Positions 7,477-13,888 of a stretch of 22,261 bases of DNA are shown one piece after another. The stretch is from an archaeon (GTDB lineage Archaea; Thermoproteota; Nitrososphaeria; Nitrososphaerales; Gagatemarchaeaceae): the NCBI GenBank assembly GCA_902812495.1, contig CADDZR010000019.1, positions 1 to 22,261 on the forward strand. The letters run 5' to 3'. The first letter of the stretch is position 1. Each line of letters opens with the position of its first letter. The position numbers were made by a program, and so were the translations under genes. Under the pieces are notes generated by a model. It was given only the letters and a program-made list of their open reading frames with translations. It was not told where the DNA came from and did not search any database.

Positions 7477-8928
7477 ATGAGCAAAAATACAGTAGCAAAG
7501 GCAGCTTTCGTTGCCGCCGCAATAGCTGTAGCGGCAATAATAGCTATCTCTTCCCTATCATTAAACAAAAACGGAACACAGCAACAGGGCAGCGGAACGC
7601 TTTCCGTGCTTCTTACAGATCCGCCACATCTGCCTGCAAACGTGACAAACGTTTACATGTCGTTCTCGAGCATGAAGATACACAATACAGAAGCAGAGGA
7701 TAACAGCAGCGGGTGGTTCACAGTAGCCAGTTCAGGAACAGTAGACCTAACAAAGGTTATCAACCTGAGCAAAGTGATAGCTGTTGCAAGTGTTCCGTCT
7801 GGGGAATACAACCTTCTAAGATTCAACATAACTTCTGTCGTTGTTACATACAGTGGTAAGAACTACACAGCCTCAACACCGTCCAAATCCCTCACAGTAA
7901 CCATACATCCAAAGCTTGAAGTCGAAGATAACAAGCTTGCTGCAACGATAATCGACATATCTCCAACAGTCTTGAATACAGGAACACGTTCGTCGCCTTC
8001 ATTTGTACTGCTTCCTGCGGCGCATGCATCGCCAGTCCCTAAGAACGATCTCTCAGAAGATATGGAACACGAGGGAAGGGACGTTGACCTAAGAGGGCAT
8101 GCATGGTGGAAGCAGCTTGAGGATGAGTTCAACACAACAATCTCCATAACCTCAGAATCCCTCTCTTCAAACTCGCTTTCTGTTACTGTAAAGGATACAG
8201 CCAACAGCAGTACAACACTCAGGCTAGTGGTTGTGACTCCAGTTGAAGCATCCATGCCAAGTTCCTCGCATCACCAACATGAGGGGGACGAAAAGGAGGT
8301 TCCTCTCTTCTTCCATGCAGCTGTCTTTCTGGTGGAGAAGAATGGTTCGCTAATGCCTGTCTACAAGCTTCTTAACATAGCAGAGGCTACAAACTCTGAT
8401 GAACCATTCGACGAAGCAATGCACATGCTCTCAACCTTCGGCTACAACTTGAGCTCTGGTCAGAGTGTAACACTGTCATACACAGGGCCTGTTATCCTAT
8501 TCCCACCCTCCTCTGTAACGTCTTCTTCTGGTATCTCGCCCTTCATAGTTACAGGAAAAGAATACAGGATAACGGTCATAGGTACAGACTCTATAGCGTC
8601 AACACTAGTAAACGCATCCTCTGCCCAGGGGAACACAAACGGTGTCTCATTTTACGTTGTCAGCTCGGGAATACACGACGATAGAATTTTCCTACTCGTT
8701 CTCAACACGGGCACGGAAACTCTCACATCATACAAAATAGCGTTCCAGTCAGGTCAGAACATTTCATCTTCAATCAGGACATTGCAGCCAGGCGAGGCAA
8801 CACTAATAACTGAAACACTTCCTTTCCATGTTCCAGATAACACAAAGTCCATAACTATATCTCTTACAATGTACACCACAAACGCGACTTCTGCAACAGA
8901 AACGTTTCAGGTGCAGGTCTTGGGCTGA
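7477..8928 (+). CDS. Membrane-anchored surface protein with DUF4382-like N-terminal domain and Ig-like (CARDB-like) C-terminal regions
   Basis: There is an N-terminal anchor (AAFVAAAIAVAAIIAISSL). The DUF4382-type pattern follows: LSVLLTDPP...GWFTVASSGTVDLTKV...VPSGEYNLLRFNITSV. It has many N-x-S/T sequons. It is a paralog of 13889..15157. Confidence 0.65.
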   Translation: MSKNTVAKAAFVAAAIAVAAIIAISSLSLNKNGTQQQGSGTLSVLLTDPPHLPANVTNVYMSFSSMKIHNTEAEDNSSGWFTVASSGTVDLTKVINLSKVIAVASVPSGEYNLLRFNITSVVVTYSGKNYTASTPSKSLTVTIHPKLEVEDNKLAATIIDISPTVLNTGTRSSPSFVLLPAAHASPVPKNDLSEDMEHEGRDVDLRGHAWWKQLEDEFNTTISITSESLSSNSLSVTVKDTANSSTTLRLVVVTPVEASMPSSSHHQHEGDEKEVPLFFHAAVFLVEKNGSLMPVYKLLNIAEATNSDEPFDEAMHMLSTFGYNLSSGQSVTLSYTGPVILFPPSSVTSSSGISPFIVTGKEYRITVIGTDSIASTLVNASSAQGNTNGVSFYVVSSGIHDDRIFLLVLNTGTETLTSYKIAFQSGQNISSSIRTLQPGEATLITETLPFHVPDNTKSITISLTMYTTNATSATETFQVQVLG

Positions 8929-8952
8929 CCTGCACAGCATTTTTCTTTTTAA
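8911..8952 (+). terminator. Hairpin plus T-tract at the end of the DUF4382 gene
   Basis: A perfect 9-bp inverted repeat, GTGCAGGTC (8911..8919) / GACCTGCAC (8927..8935), spans the stop codon. It is followed by tttttcttttt. Confidence 0.5.
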
Positions 8953-9251
8953 TCGTCAAGATTTCACGCGGTTTCACAGGCTGTCCATGGGAACCGTCCA
9001 AGTGGGTTGCTTTATTAGGCACAAAGCTTGTTGCGCTCATGGCATTTGTAACATACCAACCTGCTGCTAAGTTCGCTTCAAACCTGAGTGTCGTATAGAC
9101 TCTAGAAAACTAGTCCTCCTTCTATGTTGAGACAATTATTGCACTAGGGTTGATGTCTTTCCTATGTGCAGAAGAAGGATATGCATCCACAGGCAAAAAA
9201 GAGGGGAGCTTGCACGGACCGTCGGCGTCGCAACTGAAAGGGTGTAGACCT

Positions 9252-10019
9252 TCAGCTTATTGAGTAAGTAACTGTTAGCGAAACAGAGACCGTTATCGTT
9301 GATGGAGGCACAACTGGTGTAGATGCACTTCCTGAGGCGTAAACTGGTACAGGATACGGAATGCTGAACCCCGGACTTGCTGATACAACACCTGTTATAT
9401 TGACGCCAAGTGCCCTTGCAAGTGAGTTTGCCTGTGAGGCTGCATCCTGAGCTGCGAGTGTAAGGGCCTGAATCTTTGCCGATTGTATTGAGCTGTCTGA
9501 AGATGTGAATTCAATTCCGTACAAGATGTTTGCACCTGCTGAGGTCGCGGCATCTATGACTTGCCCTGTCCTCATCCCAAGTTCAGTTACATTGTCTTTG
9601 TTGAGCACGGTTACCTGGATCTGGTTTGTGACGATGTAGCCAGCAACCTTCTGGCCGCAACAAGAGTCGTATGCAGGGCTGATGCTGTAGTGTATTGTCC
9701 TTATCTCGCTCCGATTTATTCCAAGTGATACGAGACTTGCGATGAGCCTTGACATGATTTCTGCATTCCTCTCGGCAGCGATTTGAGCGGAGGTGTTCTG
9801 CGTTATTACTCCAATTGTAAGTACTGCTCTGTCGGGCTGGACATTGACCGTTCCAGCCCCTGTAACAGTTATCACCCTTACGTTCTGTGTGTTTGAGGTT
9901 GTATTTGCATTGACAACTGGATGGCTGCTGAAAAGATAGAACTGTCCAACAAGAACTACAAAAAGGATTGCTGAGAGTGGTATTCCAAGCCTCACTAAAT
10001 CCTTTTCCTGCGTTTGCAT
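9252..10019 (-). CDS. SIMPL domain (DUF541) secreted/membrane-anchored protein
   Basis: An N-terminal hydrophobic anchor is followed by VITVTGAGTVNVQPDRAVLTIGVITQNTSAQIAAERNAEIMSRLIASL and ISPAYD, typical of the SIMPL/DUF541 family. A T6 tract on the coding strand (plus-strand A-run 9195..9200) lies about 50 nt downstream of the stop. Confidence 0.75.
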   Translation of the reverse strand: MQTQEKDLVRLGIPLSAILFVVLVGQFYLFSSHPVVNANTTSNTQNVRVITVTGAGTVNVQPDRAVLTIGVITQNTSAQIAAERNAEIMSRLIASLVSLGINRSEIRTIHYSISPAYDSCCGQKVAGYIVTNQIQVTVLNKDNVTELGMRTGQVIDAATSAGANILYGIEFTSSDSSIQSAKIQALTLAAQDAASQANSLARALGVNITGVVSASPGFSIPYPVPVYASGSASTPVVPPSTITVSVSLTVTYSIS

Positions 10020-10153
10020 GGATAAGCCTCATTTTAGCAAGCTGATATTACTAACGTCCAGAACAATAGTTTCAAAAGAGTAGAAACTGATTACCTTCCC
10101 TTTTGTGATACACACCACGAACACGCCACAACATAGAACAGATATCGTTGGAT

Positions 10154-10264
10154 AATTTCTTCAAGGATTAAGCATCCAAAATTCAAATTTTTTATGCCTG
10201 TAATCTTATTTGGAGAAAATTTCTTCAAGATTGTATACAGATTATTGTAAAATCTTCATGAATT
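10154..10264. repeat. Three spaced copies of an AATTTCTTCAAG-like motif in the SIMPL / nirK divergent intergenic region
   Basis: The copies are aatttcttcaaggatt (10154..10169), aatttcttcaagatt (10218..10232) and a degenerate aaaatcttcatgaatt (10249..10264). Confidence 0.5.
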
Positions 10265-10377
10265 GTTGGTACTTCAAATAACAAGTTAAAATACATATTG
10301 CGGTAAATATCAAATGATTCACCGCGTTTATAACTTGGTTTGACATGTATGCACCTGTACACAGTTTAACGCATGCA

Positions 10378-10387
10378 TTTTTATTTT
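10378..10387 (+). promoter_or_regulatory. TATA-like box for nirK (leaderless spacing)
   Basis: The sequence tttttatttt is centred about 25 nt upstream of the ATG at 10408. Confidence 0.4.
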
Positions 10388-10407
10388 CTCTGTGTATAAC
10401 ATAATTT

Positions 10408-11772
10408 ATGAAACTTCACTGTACTTCTAAAAGAAAGGCGATCTCAACAATCGGCTCTATAGGTGCCTTGGTAGTTGTCATACTGATCCTCTTCGGTATG
10501 GCCTACATGAACATTGGCTCACTCGACTCGAAGATTAACTCGCTACAATCAAGCTGGTCAAAGTATCAGCAATCCACCTCCCAGCAGACATCCGCATCAA
10601 CCACCCAGCAAACTACAACCCAGACAATCCAGCCAACTGTCAGGCACATAACATTAATTGCAAAGGATGCAAAAATAGAGATAGCTAACAACGTATACTA
10701 TGACGCATGGACCTTTAATGGTACAGTTCCTGGGCCTACTATCTTTGTCAATCAGGGAGACACAATTATAATCAAGCTTATAAACAACGTTACTAATATG
10801 AAGCACTCCATCGATTTTCATGCAGCTGAGGTTGATTGGGCTACAGACTACGCATCAGTGGCTCCAGGCGAAACAAAGACGTTCAATTTCACAGCAAACT
10901 ATCCAGGTGTGTTTATGTACCATTGCGGTACACCTCCAGTACTTGAGCATATTGGCAACGGCATGTATGGGGCAATAATTGTTAAGCCTTCATCCCCTCT
11001 TCCACCAGCTCCAGGAGGGGAGTATGTACTTGTCCAAAGCGAATTCTACCTTAATCCAAAGCCTGGCCCTAACGGCTCTTACTCTGGCAACTATACAAAG
11101 ATGCTAAACGGAAATCCTGACTACGTTGTCTTTAACGGCAAGGCATTCCAATACCAGGCTAATCCTCTTCATGTCAAACCAAACCAGCTCGTAAGGCTCT
11201 ATATACTTAATGCTGGTCCAAACCATTGGAGCGCATTCCACGTTATAGGAGCAATTCTTGATACTGTGTACATAGACGGCAACCCGGCTAATGTTGTGCA
11301 TGGTCTCCAGACACTTAACATTCCGCCTTCAGGTGGTGCAATAGTTGACATGTACTTCCGTGATCCAGGCGGAAAGAACCCGTTTGTAACGCATGACTTC
11401 GCAGATGCATCAAAGGGCGCTGTAGGTATGTTTGTAGTCGAAGGTAGTTCAACAACCACAACAACCACAAAAACAAGCTCCACAGTATCATCTGTTAAGG
11501 TTGTTATAGAGCAAGGCGCAGCATCAAATACTCAATCCCCAGGTTACTCACCCGCAGTTATAACTGTTGTAATTGGTGTCAACAACACTGTAGTTTGGGT
11601 GAACAACGATAATGCTCCACACACTGTTACATCAACTAACGGTGTATTCGACTCCGGAAACATGAACTCAGGAGATACATTCACGTTTACCTTTACAACG
11701 CCTGGAACATACCAATACATATGCTCATACCATCCATGGATGAAGGGTACAGTAATAGTAAAACAAGCTTAA
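10408..11772 (+). CDS. nirK: Copper-containing nitrite reductase (NirK) with N-terminal membrane anchor and C-terminal amicyanin/plastocyanin-like cupredoxin domain
   Basis: Copper-ligand motifs:
- HSIDFH, which supplies a T1 His, the catalytic Asp and a T2 His.
- YHCGTPPVLEHIGNGMYG, which supplies a T2 His and the T1 Cys, His and Met.
- VTHDF, a T2 His.
A poly-Thr/Ser linker runs from nt 11446. The C-terminal domain has NAPHTV and YICSYHPWMKGTVIV, a His...C-x2-H-x2-M type-1 copper site. Confidence 0.85.
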   Translation: MKLHCTSKRKAISTIGSIGALVVVILILFGMAYMNIGSLDSKINSLQSSWSKYQQSTSQQTSASTTQQTTTQTIQPTVRHITLIAKDAKIEIANNVYYDAWTFNGTVPGPTIFVNQGDTIIIKLINNVTNMKHSIDFHAAEVDWATDYASVAPGETKTFNFTANYPGVFMYHCGTPPVLEHIGNGMYGAIIVKPSSPLPPAPGGEYVLVQSEFYLNPKPGPNGSYSGNYTKMLNGNPDYVVFNGKAFQYQANPLHVKPNQLVRLYILNAGPNHWSAFHVIGAILDTVYIDGNPANVVHGLQTLNIPPSGGAIVDMYFRDPGGKNPFVTHDFADASKGAVGMFVVEGSSTTTTTTKTSSTVSSVKVVIEQGAASNTQSPGYSPAVITVVIGVNNTVVWVNNDNAPHTVTSTNGVFDSGNMNSGDTFTFTFTTPGTYQYICSYHPWMKGTVIVKQA

Positions 11773-12109
11773 CTTTTCATCTAAAAACACATCTTCTAGA
11801 TAAGGCTCGTCGTGGAATTCCCTTCCTTATTTTTTAACAATATATTAGAAAAACATGAACAAAACAAGCTTTCAGAGACTGATATATTGAGGATGGTTAA
11901 AATAGGTTATACACTTCAGAGTGAGAATATTGGGCTCGTTAATTATTTTACGTGGTGAAAAAGACTGGGGTTCATGAAGGCCCTCTTCATACTCTCATAG
12001 TACATAATCGAAGTTATGGGTTGAAAACGAAACAGCGGGTTTAATAAGAACACCTTTATCTGGCAGGTAGCTAAAATCTTAAAGATTCAAATAGCGGGGC
12101 GCTAATTTC

Positions 12110-13465
12110 ATGGAAACCTCCCCAAGAAAAGAGAGGAGGATCACAATTCTTTTTGTTTCTACTGCAATAATTTCTTCTTTAATTGGAAGTTTTTTTGGAA
12201 CACTTTGGATGTTTTATTTATCTTCAAACTCTAAATTTAGTAGCTTGATTCTTTCTCATCCTTATTTCCAAATGTTTGGCTTTCTCGCTGAGTTTGTTAT
12301 GGGTGTAGCTTATTCTCTCCTTCCTAGGTTTGCAGGAAAAGCTCTAAGTAATTTATACTTGGCATATCTGAACTATTTCCTTATTACTAGTGCTTTGTTT
12401 CTTTCTGTCGTTTCTATTCTCTTTGATGGACAAGGCAAACTTTACTTTTCTTCTTTACTTGTAGGTTCCTCTGCAATTTTTACATACCAAACTTTCTCAA
12501 CTACAAAGCAGATAAAATCTGCATTTCCTGAGGCAAATCTACTGTTTAAAGTTTCGTCTTCATCTCTCCTTACTTTTGCGTTCCTTTATTTCCTCTCAAA
12601 TTTTTCAATTAATTTTGACCCATTCTCAGAACAATCGTTACTCTTGTTTTTGCTTGGGTTTGTGGGTAGCATAATTTATGCAGTAGAGATCAGGTCCGTA
12701 GCATTCAGGCAAGCGAACTACAGAAAAAGATTAACGACAATTGCGGGTCTAACACAAGTAGCTGCACTTGTATTCTTGGTTGTTGGTATGTTGGATAGTG
12801 TCTTTGCTCTTTTGGGCAAGATTCTTTTGCTTGCTACTTCTATTGAAGTTCTGCTTGCTATTAGGCTTCTCACACACTCTCTAATGTATACACCTGCGAT
12901 GACAGGGATACACTTGAGAATTAAGCGATACAATGAGGTTTCCCTTACTTTTGCCTTTTTCTGGCTCTTTTCAGGCTTAGTTATATCTCTGCTCCATTCT
13001 ATTGACCCAGCCTACTTCCTCAGAGATATGTTCATACATACCGTTGCAATAGGATTTGTAGGTTCGACGATAGTTTGTTTCTCACCAATGTATATCCCAG
13101 GAATTATTAGCGCTAGAGGGCCAATATCTGGGCTCTCTTTTGGGCCTATCATCACACTCGCTATAGCTGTTTTGATTAGAATTGTTGGTGACATTGAGGC
13201 TCTTAGCTCTGGTAACTTTGCTATATGGGAATGGATATCAGGTGTATTTGTGCTTGTATCGGTCGTTTGGCTTCTAGCTATGTTACGGAGTATTATTGTT
13301 GCGAAGAATATTCAGCATTCCACTGTGAAAGAGCATTCCGACACAACAGTTTCTGCCGCTGAATTTGGAATACGCGTTTCTTCAGAAAGCTCTCTGTACC
13401 TTCACCCAACGAGCACTGCAAACCTGCTTTTCTGCACTTTCCGTAGTGGGAAAATATCACATTAG
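12110..13465 (+). CDS. NnrS-like 12-TM membrane protein (divergent)
   Basis: I count about 12 hydrophobic helices. TM2 reads SHPYFQMFGFLAEFVMGVAYSLLPRFAGK, which aligns by eye to the NnrS signature H-x-H-E-M-x-F-G-[FY]...G-F-L-L-T-A-V-P-N-W-T-G-R. A later helix reads IHTVAIGFVGS. Its position directly downstream of nirK matches the classic nirK-nnrS linkage. The last ~50 codons may be read-through. Confidence 0.5.
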   Translation: METSPRKERRITILFVSTAIISSLIGSFFGTLWMFYLSSNSKFSSLILSHPYFQMFGFLAEFVMGVAYSLLPRFAGKALSNLYLAYLNYFLITSALFLSVVSILFDGQGKLYFSSLLVGSSAIFTYQTFSTTKQIKSAFPEANLLFKVSSSSLLTFAFLYFLSNFSINFDPFSEQSLLLFLLGFVGSIIYAVEIRSVAFRQANYRKRLTTIAGLTQVAALVFLVVGMLDSVFALLGKILLLATSIEVLLAIRLLTHSLMYTPAMTGIHLRIKRYNEVSLTFAFFWLFSGLVISLLHSIDPAYFLRDMFIHTVAIGFVGSTIVCFSPMYIPGIISARGPISGLSFGPIITLAIAVLIRIVGDIEALSSGNFAIWEWISGVFVLVSVVWLLAMLRSIIVAKNIQHSTVKEHSDTTVSAAEFGIRVSSESSLYLHPTSTANLLFCTFRSGKISH

Positions 13466-13492
13466 AACCTTGACTCACGAAAACTTCATCCA

Positions 13493-13510
13493 TATTTTTT
13501 CCATTTTTCC
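13493..13510 (+). terminator. T-rich tract downstream of the NnrS-like gene
   Basis: The sequence atattttttccatttttcc lies about 30 nt after the stop. Archaeal terminators are typically oligo-T tracts. Confidence 0.35.
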
Positions 13511-13599
13511 CTGTTGCGTCTTGCCTATGCTCCACAGGAAAGGGTGAACACCTTACCCTACTTTTTCAACATGCCAAGAAATAAGATGAAGGTACAAGG

Positions 13600-13713
13600 T
13601 TAAACGTCTGACGCTAAAGCTGCCCTGTAATAGAGACAGTCGGTGCAAGACATGTATACCCTCTGCATGTTATCACCATAATCAATTTCCCGTCCGCACC
13701 ACTGACATCTCAT
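13600..13713 (-). CDS. Unannotated 37-aa zinc-ribbon-like small protein (CxxC...CxxC)
   Basis: My own translation of the minus strand gives MRCQWCGREIDYGDNMQRVYMSCTDCLYYRAALASDV, ending in TAA. It is below the 60-aa cutoff of the ORF track. A TATA-like ttaatatt (13738..13745) lies 25-32 nt upstream of the ATG, the same leaderless spacing seen at neighbouring genes. Confidence 0.35.
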   Translation of the reverse strand: MRCQWCGREIDYGDNMQRVYMSCTDCLYYRAALASDV

Positions 13714-13747
13714 CGCGTACCATCCGTGTAATAACTGTTAATATTGT

Positions 13748-13768
13748 TTTGCATACGCTGTATGCAAA
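13748..13768. promoter_or_regulatory. Perfect 9-bp inverted repeat with 3-nt spacer (candidate operator)
   Basis: The sequence TTTGCATAC-GCT-GTATGCAAA abuts the TATA-like box of the small zinc-ribbon ORF and lies about 120 nt upstream of the DUF4382 paralog start at 13889. Confidence 0.4.
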
Positions 13769-13888
13769 TTCGTCAAACGCCGATTTGCAACAAACTAAAC
13801 AGTCATTTCACAGCCCCTTTAATAGGACAAACCTTTCAAAAACCTTGAAAACGCCTTAAAATTAATAGCTTATTCTACATACCCTGGC

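Noticed and set aside
9583-10032. 149-aa minus-strand ORF overlapping the SIMPL gene in another frame
   Set aside because: Its composition is Arg/Cys/Asn/Trp-rich with no domain-like pattern. The overlapping frame encodes a clearly recognisable SIMPL protein, so I treat this as a shadow ORF.
10020-10407. Small ORFs (7-20 codons) on both strands of the SIMPL / nirK intergenic region
   Set aside because: All are very short and lack promoter spacing or distinctive composition. The region is better explained as two divergent promoters plus regulatory repeats.
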